A stretch of 64,000 nt of DNA from Candidatus Saccharimonadales bacterium (GTDB lineage Bacteria > Patescibacteriota > Saccharimonadia > Saccharimonadales > JACQNP01): positions 23,776-87,775 of the forward strand of contig JBBSJL010000001.1 in assembly GCA_038257245.1 (NCBI GenBank), read 5' to 3'. Made by a program: the position numbers and the translations under genes. Shown here in pieces: positions 46,767-56,430 of the stretch. Below the pieces are notes generated by a model. It saw only the letters and a program-made list of their open reading frames with translations, was not told the origin of the DNA and ran no database searches. Numbering within the stretch: the stretch's first letter is position 1; the number at the start of each line of letters is the position of its first letter.

Positions 46767-48497
46767 TTATACATTTAGTTGCGGGTTTGCTGCTTCGGCT
46801 GTTTGCAGCTCCTTAGCCTGTAGTGAACTAATTCTAGGTAGATTGATATAGAATGTGCTTCCCTTGTCGACCTCACTATCCACCCAGATTCTTCCGCCAT
46901 AGATTTGTACGATTTTTTGGCAAATAAATAATCCAAGTCCAGTTCCTCCAACGGTTCGTGTGCTAGAATTATCGACTCGATAAAACTTTTGGAATAGGTG
47001 TGGGACGTCCTCTTTTGGAATGCCTGGGCCAGTGTCACGAATGTAGAACTGTATGACATCGGGGTTTCCAGTTAAGCCGATCGATATCTTGCCATTCTCG
47101 GTGTACTTCACGGCGTTATCGAACAAATTAGTAATAACTTCACGTAATCTATCGGGATCGGCGTAGGTATAGTAAAGCGGTGTAATTACTTTCTTGCCAG
47201 CACTCGCGTCGTTAGATTTGTTGCTTGTACCGATAGTAAACTCGACCAATAGGCCTTTCTTTTCGGCAGTAAACCTAAGCGAGTCAGCGACCTGCTCAAG
47301 GAATACTCCCATATCAATTGCTGCCGGGTGGCTAACTAATCGGCCGTCTTCTGCTTTGGCGCTAGTAAGCAAGTCCTGAAATAATTGCCCTAAGTGTTGT
47401 GTGCTGGAGTGGGCCTTTTCTAGATAACTCCTAGCCTTGACGTCGATATTGCTAACCTTATCATTCAGGGCAAGGGCTAAGTAACCTTCGATGGCTGCTA
47501 CTGGTGTACGCATTTCGTGGCTTGCTGTACTAATAAAATCAGCTCGGCGTTGTTCTTCGGCTTTCGCATTGCTAACATCGCGGATAACTGCAACCGTTCC
47601 AGCAAGTTCATTAGATTTATCAATAATGACTGGAGACACAACAAACGAAACGACGTGAGTTTTTTTGTCTCTGGCAGCAAGATTGTAGGTATTGCTCGTG
47701 GCTTGCCTATGAGCGATTACCATCGAGAAAGGATTAATATTACTAGGTATGTCTTCATCAAGTTCGTTTTTTATATTAACCACGTTATGGACGTTTATCC
47801 CAAGTGCTTCTTCTACGGGCCAGCCTGTTAGAACTGCGGCAGTTGAGTTCATGTTGTTAATATTGCCATCAGTATCGGTCACAATAACACCGTCGGCTAT
47901 AGACTGAATGAGGATCTCGGATTGTAGTTGTTTGTTTTTTAACGCCCCCGACAGTTTAGAAATTTGGGCGTTGGTTTTTAGGTCATAATAACGACGAAAA
48001 ACGAGGTAGCTAAGTATGCCTATGAGATAAGATCCGAAAAGACCTAGCATACTGAGAGTGCTTACTTCAAAAACACCTTCAGAGGAAGTTGACGACAAAA
48101 TAAAGTAAAGCGAAATCACAAAACACATACCGGTGATGGCGTATGTACCAAAAAGGCCACTAAACAAAGCTAGAGCAAGCCAAGAAATCATATAGATTGA
48201 GCTAAATTCGCCAGTCGTGTGTACGAGGCTGAGGATAGTCAAACATTGTAGGAGATAAAGTATTAGGGTTGCCTGCCAGGCATTTGCATGTGCAACCTCT
48301 CTCTTGTATATAAATACAATGTAAACTAGTTGCATTAGTGCAAAGCCGAGGGTCATGTAGGTTAGGGCTGATTCCTGGCTGTCTAAAATGTATTGGGGGG
48401 CAAACTGATTAACTGAGCTCACCAATGCAAGTGCAGCCGCTAAAACTAACGAAACGCGACTATACAAAAGATACCACCGGTCAGAAACAGATTGCAT
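46767..48497 (-). CDS. Sensor histidine kinase (multi-TM sensor, PAS, HisKA, HATPase_c)
   Basis: H-box STASHEMRTPVAAIEGY, N-box NLFDNAVKY, G1 RDTGPGI and G2 GGTGLGL. About 6 N-terminal TM helices. Confidence 0.85.
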   Translation of the reverse strand: MQSVSDRWYLLYSRVSLVLAAALALVSSVNQFAPQYILDSQESALTYMTLGFALMQLVYIVFIYKREVAHANAWQATLILYLLQCLTILSLVHTTGEFSSIYMISWLALALFSGLFGTYAITGMCFVISLYFILSSTSSEGVFEVSTLSMLGLFGSYLIGILSYLVFRRYYDLKTNAQISKLSGALKNKQLQSEILIQSIADGVIVTDTDGNINNMNSTAAVLTGWPVEEALGINVHNVVNIKNELDEDIPSNINPFSMVIAHRQATSNTYNLAARDKKTHVVSFVVSPVIIDKSNELAGTVAVIRDVSNAKAEEQRRADFISTASHEMRTPVAAIEGYLALALNDKVSNIDVKARSYLEKAHSSTQHLGQLFQDLLTSAKAEDGRLVSHPAAIDMGVFLEQVADSLRFTAEKKGLLVEFTIGTSNKSNDASAGKKVITPLYYTYADPDRLREVITNLFDNAVKYTENGKISIGLTGNPDVIQFYIRDTGPGIPKEDVPHLFQKFYRVDNSSTRTVGGTGLGLFICQKIVQIYGGRIWVDSEVDKGSTFYINLPRISSLQAKELQTAEAANPQLNV

Positions 48498-48613
48498 GCT
48501 CCTTGTGATTATAACTAAATGCTTATGTTTGTGCTAGTCTAAGATGGATCTTTCTTCCCTGTTATGTTACTATTTTTGTGTTCCGTCAATATACGACAAG
48601 TTTTTAGTAACAC

Positions 48614-48689
48614 GGTCCCGTCGTCTAGTGGTTAGGATATCTGGTTCTCATCCAGAAGATCGCGGGTTCGAATCCCGCCGGGATCACCA
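48614..48689 (+). tRNA. tRNA-Glu (anticodon CUC), CCA encoded
   Basis: Manual fold: acceptor GGTCCCG/CGGGATC, D-arm, anticodon stem TCTGG/CCAGA with loop TTCTCAT, T-arm GCGGG-TTCGAAT-CCCGC, discriminator A and CCA. Confidence 0.85.
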
Positions 48690-48700
48690 TGATTGTATAC

Positions 48701-49891
48701 TTAGGCTGCTTTTAATACTTTACCGGGGGTTCGAACAGCTTTGCTGACTATGCTTATGCCTGGTCCTCGGGTGACTTTACCGATTCGTTTTGCGGATATT
48801 CCCTGTTTGGCTGCTTCGTCTTTTAGTCTCTCGCCGTCACTCCCGTCGATTGCTAATATATATCCTTGCCCACCGTGCCATGTGGTGTATGATTCTTCAT
48901 CGCTCATTGGACGAAGAGTTCCGTCTGGGTTTTCTACTTCAGTTATTTCTTGCGCATGCTGTAAAATATCTGGAACTTCGAAGGGGTCGTAAATATGCGC
49001 GCCAAGTTGAGTCGCTTCGAGCATTCTGCCCAGCTTCTCCCAAATTGAGCCACCTGAAACATGTGCAACGCCGTGAATATCAACTTTTTCTTTTACCTCA
49101 ATCTTGTAACCACCAGTCAGAGTTGTCATAAGACCGGAGTAAATAGTGGAAGGAGTGACAGCGAGTTCGCCAAGTGTAGTATCTTTGAACTTCTCAGTTT
49201 CCCACCGGTTTCCGTAGACTTTTTCAAACGTCTTACGTATTCGCGAAATACCATTACATCTTGCACTTATAGGTTCAGCAAATCCCCAAAGCTCATCGTT
49301 TTCCTGGACACGCTCTCCGGTAATCATTCGGTCTTGGTGTACTAAGCCAACCGCATCACCAATCCAGTCCACAGAGAAATCTCTTCTTCCCTGTAGTCTA
49401 GCTCCATGAACAGCGATTTCGCCAGTAAACAATACCGCTTTTGCATCATTTGCGCCTTCAGCAAGACCTTGGAAAAGTTGGTCAATGTAATGCAGATAGT
49501 CATCGCCAGGTTCGCCCAAAGTACTCACGATGAGAGCGTTATTGATAAACACGGTCTGCCCGCCCTCAACCGGGTTGTCGTCTGCCGCCATTGCAACCAA
49601 ATCTTTACCTAGCCCAAAAAAGTTACCGTTTCCTTCATAAAAGTCGGGTTTCGTGCCTGTTCCATCAATACCTGACGTCCCGTAAACATCTGGACGGTTT
49701 CTTATTTCGTCAAAATTTAGATACTTTGATGCAGAAAAGCGAGTGTCAAATGAAATTGGTTCGCCGAATTCACCTGCCCTGTTTGCCCAAGTTGTTTGAC
49801 ACCAGTCCGCGGCTATTTGTGAGGCTGCATTACTTAAACCTAAGTCAACTCCAGCCTGTCTGTAGGCTTCCATTCTGTCTAACTCTGCCAT
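48701..49891 (-). CDS. purM: Phosphoribosylformylglycinamidine cyclo-ligase (AIR synthetase)-like
   Basis: YRQAGVDLG and DGTGTK (PurM N-terminal motifs) plus a PurM-like C-terminus. Adjacent to purQ and purL. Confidence 0.75.
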   Translation of the reverse strand: MAELDRMEAYRQAGVDLGLSNAASQIAADWCQTTWANRAGEFGEPISFDTRFSASKYLNFDEIRNRPDVYGTSGIDGTGTKPDFYEGNGNFFGLGKDLVAMAADDNPVEGGQTVFINNALIVSTLGEPGDDYLHYIDQLFQGLAEGANDAKAVLFTGEIAVHGARLQGRRDFSVDWIGDAVGLVHQDRMITGERVQENDELWGFAEPISARCNGISRIRKTFEKVYGNRWETEKFKDTTLGELAVTPSTIYSGLMTTLTGGYKIEVKEKVDIHGVAHVSGGSIWEKLGRMLEATQLGAHIYDPFEVPDILQHAQEITEVENPDGTLRPMSDEESYTTWHGGQGYILAIDGSDGERLKDEAAKQGISAKRIGKVTRGPGISIVSKAVRTPGKVLKAA

Positions 49892-50697
49892 TACATCTCC
49901 TTTGCGTAGTTAACCGCACCTTGAATTATTTTCGCTGCAAAATCCTCTGCAAATATAGTCTCAGGACGACGCCAGTTTGGATGATGCTCGCGTCGAGTAA
50001 AGCGTTCGTCGTGGGGCATCATCCCAAAAACAATCTCATTCGGACTGCAAGTCCCTGCGATGCCAAGTGGCGAACCGTTCGGGTTATCAGGATGTTCTTC
50101 GGTAGGGTTGCCGTTGCTGTCACAGTAGCGTAGAACTACCTGCTTGCTCAGAACTAGTTCGGCGTAATCGTTCGGATCACGGGCTACTATACGACCTTCA
50201 GCATGGGCTACCGGAAGCTCGATGATACGACCAACATCTTCCTTTGGAATAAAAGGACAAACCGTATCTTCAACACGTGCCTTAACCCAGCGACACTCAA
50301 ATTTCATATTCGCATTACGATCAAGTGTAAATGTAGGCTTGTCATCAGGATCAATGCGCCCATGTTGCAAAAGACCAGATTCGAGAAGGATTTGGTTACC
50401 ATTACAGTTACCTAATACTGGTTTTCTAGCTTCAACAAAAGCGTTTAGCTGATCGGCAACAATGGATGTTCTCATATCGCTGGCGGCTATCGCACCGGCA
50501 CGAATGATATCACCGTAGCTGAACCCGCCGGGCACGAACAGACCTTGCAAGTTATCAATCCTAACTTCGCCACTCTTTACGTCGGCAATGTGAACGAATT
50601 GTGCTGCTGCTCCTGCCTGGTTTAGCGTATCGAAAGTTTCCGCCTCACAGTTGATTCCTGGGAATAGTAGGACTCCAAATTCTGGACTTCTGCTCAT
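49891..50697 (-). CDS. purQ: FGAM synthase glutaminase subunit (PurQ, class I GATase)
   Basis: FGVLLFPGINCEAE. Start chosen at the ATG overlapping the purL stop (ATGA); the ORF track gives 50727. Confidence 0.7.
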   Translation of the reverse strand: MSRSPEFGVLLFPGINCEAETFDTLNQAGAAAQFVHIADVKSGEVRIDNLQGLFVPGGFSYGDIIRAGAIAASDMRTSIVADQLNAFVEARKPVLGNCNGNQILLESGLLQHGRIDPDDKPTFTLDRNANMKFECRWVKARVEDTVCPFIPKEDVGRIIELPVAHAEGRIVARDPNDYAELVLSKQVVLRYCDSNGNPTEEHPDNPNGSPLGIAGTCSPNEIVFGMMPHDERFTRREHHPNWRRPETIFAEDFAAKIIQGAVNYAKEM

Positions 50698-53540
50698 GCT
50701 AGGGCCTCTTGATTTGTTGCTTTCCACACTTGTTTTAGTTCATCGACCGAGTCACTGAACAGTTGCCCTGTGCCTTCCTGTTCAATGTACAGGAACTTGT
50801 CTGGTTGAGTCGTACCAATGACTTGGTGAGGTATATTACCGAGGAGCTCTGCAATATGCGCATCTGCAGGAACTTCGATCACAAGCGCAGGCGTCTCGTT
50901 AAAGAGTACTCGCTCTAGTGGTGAATTGCCGTCGAAGTTTAGCGTAGCACCGCAGTCACCCCCGAACAGCATTTTACTAACGGTGGTTGCTAGTCCGCCC
51001 TTGCCAACAACACCACACGATAGTACGTGTTGTGGCCGAATAACTTCGTGCATATGGGTATAAAATTCCATATCGCTCATGCCATGATCAGCTCTGGGTA
51101 CTTTAGCACTGGAACCGTCGTAAATATCGTACAGAATTGAACCGCCCATTGCATCAAGGTCCTGTTGCCCCACTAATACAAGTGTAGAATCAGTGCGCTT
51201 TATATCAGTGCTCGTGGTTTCTTTGATATCGTTAGTAAACGTAACACCGCCTAGGCCGAGGTAATAAGGGTTCTTGATCACATTGCCTTTTTCATCAGTG
51301 TGTTCGCCAGAACAGCTATCCTTGCCTGTAAACGGTGCAGTTCCCATGCCGTCCAATTTATCTAGAAGAGTATCAACCGAAAGAAGTAATGTTCCCATAA
51401 CTTGTTCATTTGGGCGCGGTGAGATGTAGTTGTTGTTACCTTTTACTTGCCTTGGGTCGCCACCAACAGCCACGATGCGTCCGAACAAGTCATCGACCAC
51501 CCACTCAGTTCCACGGATAGGATCTAGATCTGTTAGTGCCGGATGAGCACTTTGCGCAAATACTATTCCACCGTCTTGACCCAGTATAGGTGCCAGCACT
51601 GTCGCATAGTTTGGACTATCCATGTGGATACCAGTGAACGGCTTCAGTACATTCATGCCTTGTACTTCATGATCGAACTGGCGAATAGCCGGTTCTGTTG
51701 AAGAAATATCATCATGAGCTAGCACTCGTCGCAACGCATCAACATAGTTGCTGACTTCAATCGAACGCTCCTCAACTTCAGGAGGTACATAGTTGGCTAC
51801 ATACTCTAATGGAGGCAGCGCGTTTTTGATAAAATCGTATTCCCAATCAGAAACAACATCGTCTCCTGATGTGATTGTATAGCGAGGACAATCGCCGCCG
51901 TTTCCAAATACACCAATTGCAGTAGCTTCAGAATCGTGTTTTGCAAATATGGCTATCACAGCCTCAACATGCTCAGGTGCAACGGCTAGTACAGCACGTT
52001 CCTGAGATTCACTTATGATTTTATAATCAACCTCAAAATCAGCTGCCTTGAGCGGCAACTTATCTGCGTCCCAAATAACACCTATCTCATTACCGAGTTC
52101 GCCTGCGGCTAATCCAACACCACCTGCTCCACAATCTGTTCCTGCCCGAATGTAGCCCAGTCGGGAAGCTTCTAAGACAGCGTCTATCATCTTCTCTTCT
52201 TCATATGCCCCCGGTTTTTGGACCTCGCTGGTGTCAGCAAGAGTCTCTGTGTTCGATGCGGCGGAAGACCCTGTCGCTCCACCGACACCATCCATGCCAG
52301 TACGTCCTCCAATAACGAACAGCACATCACCTGCTACGGGAGATTCCTCTGTTGATCTTCCGACTTCACCGAGCCCTATAGAAATACCCTTGAACATAGG
52401 TTTAGCTGAGTAGCCTTGATGGTGATGTACTGCAATATCAACCGTTCCAACACCAATGCGATTACCATACTTACTAACTGCACTTACGGCGCGCCGAAAT
52501 ATTTGTAGTGGCGTTTGTAGTCCTCGAGGTAGCTGTTCTTTTTTGAGCTCGAGTGCGCCGATACCTAAACTAACGACAGTTGCAATGGGCTTGAAACCCT
52601 TTCCGGTCATTAGAATGTCACGGATCAGACCACCAACACCAGTAGCAACACCGCCCTCCGCTTCGATCAATGTTGGATGGTTATGAGTCTCACCCTTAAT
52701 ATTAACGGCAAGCTGTTTCCCGTCTTTATAGAACGGTGTTCGAAATACTGCAGAGTTGCCATCAAATGCCTGTTCAACTCCCTGCTGTTCGTAGTGTTTC
52801 TTTGCTCGATCCTTAATCCTGCCAAACAACGAACGAGCCTTCTCTCCATTCACAATTAGATCAGCACCAAATGTTTCATGCCGGCAATGATCACTCCAGA
52901 ACGGACCCATTAGGCGTAGACCAGCCTCGGGGCTTATTCCGCCAGTTTTATGGCTTTCACGCTGGAGGGCTTGCATCTTTACGAGAGACAGACCGTATTT
53001 TCTAGAATCTGACAGCTGCATTAGCTCGTTATCAGTCATCATACTAAGATTGATTTGCTCGGTTGGTTTTGCTCTGGACTCTGGAGTCAAGCTACGAGGA
53101 GCTTGCTCACGAACTTCTTGGATTTCCTTATTAACAAGCTGCTCTTTCACTACTCGACCTATTGATTCAATCGGTGTGTCTGGACTAAATCGTACTTCAG
53201 TTCCGAGTGCTAAATTGGTAACAGGTATTCCTAGTCGTTTTGCAGCTGTTCGAATGGGCTCAATGTCAGAGTTGATCATTCCTTCGCGGTCAGTGATTTC
53301 TACCCTAAGAGGATCGTCCCAGTCTTCACGAGGCCCAACTACTACTTGTTGTGTTACTGGATTTGCCAGTAATCTCTCCCCGAGCTGCAAAGCCTGATCT
53401 TCGCTAATGCCCTCGGCATAGTAGACGTCTGCAGTTGCAGGTGCAGCGACTGTACAGATTTCTGCTGCTTCACGTGCAATTTGTTGACCCCTAACATCGT
53501 CACCGATGTTTTCAACCCGAATCTCAAGAATATCAGCCAT
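50694..53540 (-). CDS. purL: FGAM synthase II large subunit with N-terminal PurS-like domain (PurS-PurL fusion)
   Basis: PurL motifs (WSDHCRHETF, duplicated PurM-like ATP-grasp halves) and an N-terminal roughly 150-aa PurS-like region. Confidence 0.85.
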   Translation of the reverse strand: MADILEIRVENIGDDVRGQQIAREAAEICTVAAPATADVYYAEGISEDQALQLGERLLANPVTQQVVVGPREDWDDPLRVEITDREGMINSDIEPIRTAAKRLGIPVTNLALGTEVRFSPDTPIESIGRVVKEQLVNKEIQEVREQAPRSLTPESRAKPTEQINLSMMTDNELMQLSDSRKYGLSLVKMQALQRESHKTGGISPEAGLRLMGPFWSDHCRHETFGADLIVNGEKARSLFGRIKDRAKKHYEQQGVEQAFDGNSAVFRTPFYKDGKQLAVNIKGETHNHPTLIEAEGGVATGVGGLIRDILMTGKGFKPIATVVSLGIGALELKKEQLPRGLQTPLQIFRRAVSAVSKYGNRIGVGTVDIAVHHHQGYSAKPMFKGISIGLGEVGRSTEESPVAGDVLFVIGGRTGMDGVGGATGSSAASNTETLADTSEVQKPGAYEEEKMIDAVLEASRLGYIRAGTDCGAGGVGLAAGELGNEIGVIWDADKLPLKAADFEVDYKIISESQERAVLAVAPEHVEAVIAIFAKHDSEATAIGVFGNGGDCPRYTITSGDDVVSDWEYDFIKNALPPLEYVANYVPPEVEERSIEVSNYVDALRRVLAHDDISSTEPAIRQFDHEVQGMNVLKPFTGIHMDSPNYATVLAPILGQDGGIVFAQSAHPALTDLDPIRGTEWVVDDLFGRIVAVGGDPRQVKGNNNYISPRPNEQVMGTLLLSVDTLLDKLDGMGTAPFTGKDSCSGEHTDEKGNVIKNPYYLGLGGVTFTNDIKETTSTDIKRTDSTLVLVGQQDLDAMGGSILYDIYDGSSAKVPRADHGMSDMEFYTHMHEVIRPQHVLSCGVVGKGGLATTVSKMLFGGDCGATLNFDGNSPLERVLFNETPALVIEVPADAHIAELLGNIPHQVIGTTQPDKFLYIEQEGTGQLFSDSVDELKQVWKATNQEALA

Positions 53541-54234
53541 TTACTTCCCCTAATGCTTTATGTATCCAGGTTGGTACCCAAAGTTTCTCCACTCGCATTA
53601 CTTCATTTTTTAATTTATTAACTGTACCGAATTGTTCCCATTCCTGTTGCATTTCTGGAGATACTGTTACTGGTTGATGCCCAATCGAGGCGCCTGTATC
53701 GTATGCGGGTAAGCCATTTTTATCTAATCTCGTATCCATCCAGTGGAACGTGGGGCCGGAATGTTCAAGACCTAGCTGCATAACCTGTTCTTGTACACCA
53801 GTACCGTGAAAGCCCTGAGTTTCTGGTAATGGCCCAGGATGGGTGTTAGCTATCGGGACTTCTTCTAACACTTTCCCGATTATTTTTTTCATAAAGCCCA
53901 ATGCTACAAATATGCTAACGCCATACTCATCTGCAAGTTGGACTAATTTTTCACTTGCTTCGTAGCTAATGGTTCCCTCTACTTCATTTCCATCAATTTC
54001 TGGCAGAGTACAGGCCTTCTCTGTTTTGTTAGATATGTGATGTATTGGTATATCTAGTCTGTCTGCTCTCTCCCATACTCCTGCATTTGAGCTGTTTGGA
54101 CCATTGTTGCATGCGACGAAGGCTATTGTTGTATTTGGTAGCTCGTTTGCACCTATAGCGTCTTGGACTGCCTCGAAGGTACTGCCCCCTCCTGATGCTA
54201 ATACGCCAATTCTAAATTCTGGATTATCGGTCAC
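53533..54234 (-). CDS. purN: Phosphoribosylglycinamide formyltransferase-like (PurN family)
   Basis: RIGVLASGGGS..., NTHPGPLP and H..TG motifs align with PurN. Confidence 0.7.
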   Translation of the reverse strand: MTDNPEFRIGVLASGGGSTFEAVQDAIGANELPNTTIAFVACNNGPNSSNAGVWERADRLDIPIHHISNKTEKACTLPEIDGNEVEGTISYEASEKLVQLADEYGVSIFVALGFMKKIIGKVLEEVPIANTHPGPLPETQGFHGTGVQEQVMQLGLEHSGPTFHWMDTRLDKNGLPAYDTGASIGHQPVTVSPEMQQEWEQFGTVNKLKNEVMRVEKLWVPTWIHKALGEVNG

Positions 54235-54291
54235 TGTCTACCTCGTTTTAGTTATTTTCGCAGGCAGCAAATATAAACGCAAGCATAAGCG

Positions 54292-55572
54292 TTAACGGAT
54301 TTTTACTTTGGGGAGTTCATCCCAGTGTGTAACGTAGCGGGGGCTACGTAGTAGGTATTTGGGTTGCCACTTGTCCCCCAACTTTTCAGCCGCGTAACCA
54401 ATATGCTCTTTGCCAAACCGTTCGTTGATGTTGTCGATAGTCTGCATACGTCGATTCGATCTATTAATCGCTTGGGGTTTGACATCACCTAGCAAATCTA
54501 TTTGGACTAGGTCTTGTGGAACGAAATCGTAAAGACATATACCAGCGCGGTGGTAGTAGGCAGAAGAACTGAATATTTCTTCTAGAGCATTAACAACAGC
54601 TTTTATTAGGGTACCAGTATCATTTGTAGGGGCTGATAGTTTAATTTCTGTTTGCCATGTCTTGTACCCGGGTTTATGTCTGTTACTAGTCATAAAAATA
54701 CTGATACGTTTGGCTACTTGCTTACTTTTACGTAGCTGCTGACTAGCGCGTACAACAAAACTAGCTATAGCAGATTCCATAACATCAAAACTGTTGGTAT
54801 CTTCACCAAACGTTCTGGTTCGGGCGATACTTTTGCAGGGTTTACCAATTATTTCCAAAGGCAAGCATGGTATACCCTTTAGCTCGCTAATCATCTGTGC
54901 CCCATGAACTCCCACAATGCTTCTAGCCAGCTCTGGGCGCATTCTAGATAGGTCTAGGGCAGTCAATACGCCAGTAGCTTGGAGCTGTGGTGCTAATCTT
55001 CTACCCACGCCCCATACTTCGCCTACAGCCATTTTAGATAATGCTTCTGTTTGTAATGCCTGACCCTGCAAGTTTACAACGCCATTTGAACCAGAGGTTT
55101 TCTTGGCTTGCTCGGCGGCTAGTTTTGCCAGGGTTTTGGTAGGAGCTATACCAATCGACACAGGTACTCCCACCCATTCGAGGATCTTTTGCCTTAGAGT
55201 TGTTCCCCACTCCTCGTAACTTTGTATGTCTAGCTGGCTGAGATCCAGAAAAGATTCATCTACTGAATAGACTTCTATGCGAGGAGTGACTGACGATAAT
55301 ATGCCAATGATACGTCGAGATATATCGCTGTAAAGCGAAAAGTTAGCCGAAAATGAAATGACATTGTTTTTCTGAAAGACGCTTCGATATTTGAAGGCGG
55401 GAGCTCCCATTGGTATGCCTAGGGCTTTGGCCTCATTGCTGCGCGCCACAGCGCAACCATCATTGCTAGACAGCACAACTACGGGTTTGCCTTCCAGGTC
55501 AGGGCGGAATATACGCTCACAGCTGACAAAGAAGTTGTTGCAGTCCACCAGCGCAAAAACAGGTGTATTCAT
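54292..55572 (-). CDS. umuC: Y-family translesion DNA polymerase (UmuC/DinB-like)
   Basis: FALVDCNNFFVSCER at the N-terminus, 426 aa, immediately downstream of a UmuD-like gene. Confidence 0.8.
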   Translation of the reverse strand: MNTPVFALVDCNNFFVSCERIFRPDLEGKPVVVLSSNDGCAVARSNEAKALGIPMGAPAFKYRSVFQKNNVISFSANFSLYSDISRRIIGILSSVTPRIEVYSVDESFLDLSQLDIQSYEEWGTTLRQKILEWVGVPVSIGIAPTKTLAKLAAEQAKKTSGSNGVVNLQGQALQTEALSKMAVGEVWGVGRRLAPQLQATGVLTALDLSRMRPELARSIVGVHGAQMISELKGIPCLPLEIIGKPCKSIARTRTFGEDTNSFDVMESAIASFVVRASQQLRKSKQVAKRISIFMTSNRHKPGYKTWQTEIKLSAPTNDTGTLIKAVVNALEEIFSSSAYYHRAGICLYDFVPQDLVQIDLLGDVKPQAINRSNRRMQTIDNINERFGKEHIGYAAEKLGDKWQPKYLLRSPRYVTHWDELPKVKIR

Positions 55573-55932
55573 TCAAAATTTCCTATAGCGATGAATGATA
55601 GCAGTCACGACACCCCACACAATGGACTGCTTTGGCAGTTCATTGGTATGGGAAATCGAGAACGCATCATTATGTATCCAGACAATTTTGTCACTTTGTT
55701 TTACTTTTAGCGCCCGGTCAATCAGGGCCACATCACCACTAAATATCCCCAAGTCAGACCACTCATTCCCCTCAATGTTCATCATAAAGGTACTAGCACT
55801 GTGCCATATCAATAGACTGTTTAAATCGAGGTTCTTTATATTTACATCAGTTGCAGGGTTTGGAAAACCACTATGAACTGATATGCCCGTAGAATCATCC
55901 ATGCCTATTACCGTGTGCCTACTAGAGTCCAT
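55573..55932 (-). CDS. umuD: UmuD-like S24 peptidase (LexA C-terminal domain family)
   Basis: GFPNPA motif (compare UmuD GFPSPA) with Ser/Lys dyad context. The real start is probably at the internal Met. Confidence 0.7.
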   Translation of the reverse strand: MDSSRHTVIGMDDSTGISVHSGFPNPATDVNIKNLDLNSLLIWHSASTFMMNIEGNEWSDLGIFSGDVALIDRALKVKQSDKIVWIHNDAFSISHTNELPKQSIVWGVVTAIIHRYRKF

Positions 55933-56174
55933 TGGTTATTTTCTAGACGCAAACGGTATGTTTTGTCGCCATCAGTCATTTCGAATATTCGTATAACTTG
56001 CTGACCCTTTTGTACTAAGTACTGTAGTCCGTCTGTGAAAATGTATTTCTGGCTATTAAGGTCTATCTGTTTTGGAAATGATTTTAGTTTGCCCAGACAG
56101 TTTAGAAAGTAAAAGGCGTCAACCTGTACGTTTTGATTTATATAAGACATTTCAAGCTCCTTATTTTGCAGCAA
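55908..56174 (-). CDS. Small hypothetical ORF upstream of and overlapping umuD
   Basis: ORF-track only; it starts directly at a predicted terminator, so it is doubtful. Confidence 0.2.
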   Translation of the reverse strand: MLQNKELEMSYINQNVQVDAFYFLNCLGKLKSFPKQIDLNSQKYIFTDGLQYLVQKGQQVIRIFEMTDGDKTYRLRLENNQWTLVGTR

Positions 56175-56202
56175 AAAGCCGCTGAATTGTTAATAGTCAG
56201 CG
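56172..56202 (-). terminator. Intrinsic terminator of the minus-strand kinase/regulator operon
   Basis: On the minus strand: CGCTGA-11nt-TCAGCG followed by GCTTTTTGC. Confidence 0.45.
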
Positions 56203-56430
56203 AACGGGTTTTGATGAGGAGTTGCCTGGTAGAAAATACTTGACCGTTCTGACAGTATCTTCGTTACAGGAAACTTATTGCTTGAAATGTAAGCGCACAG
56301 TGACCGGAGTATGATTGCTAGTTTAGGAGTTTGTAAGTGAAAATCCAGGTGTGTTCCCGGAAGTACTCACATAACTGTGCTATTGATTATAATACTTACG
56401 CTTGGATAAGCAAGTTTAGTTTAGCTCTTT

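Noticed and set aside
48544-48747. 67-aa ORF overlapping the tRNA-Glu
   Set aside because: The sequence folds into a canonical tRNA cloverleaf with CCA, so the ORF is spurious.
55933-56260. LexA/SOS box upstream of umuD
   Set aside because: No clear CTGT-N8-ACAG or GAAC-N4-GTTC palindrome was found by eye. The only strong palindrome there (CGCTGA...TCAGCG followed by T-run) is better explained as the terminator of the upstream kinase-regulator operon.
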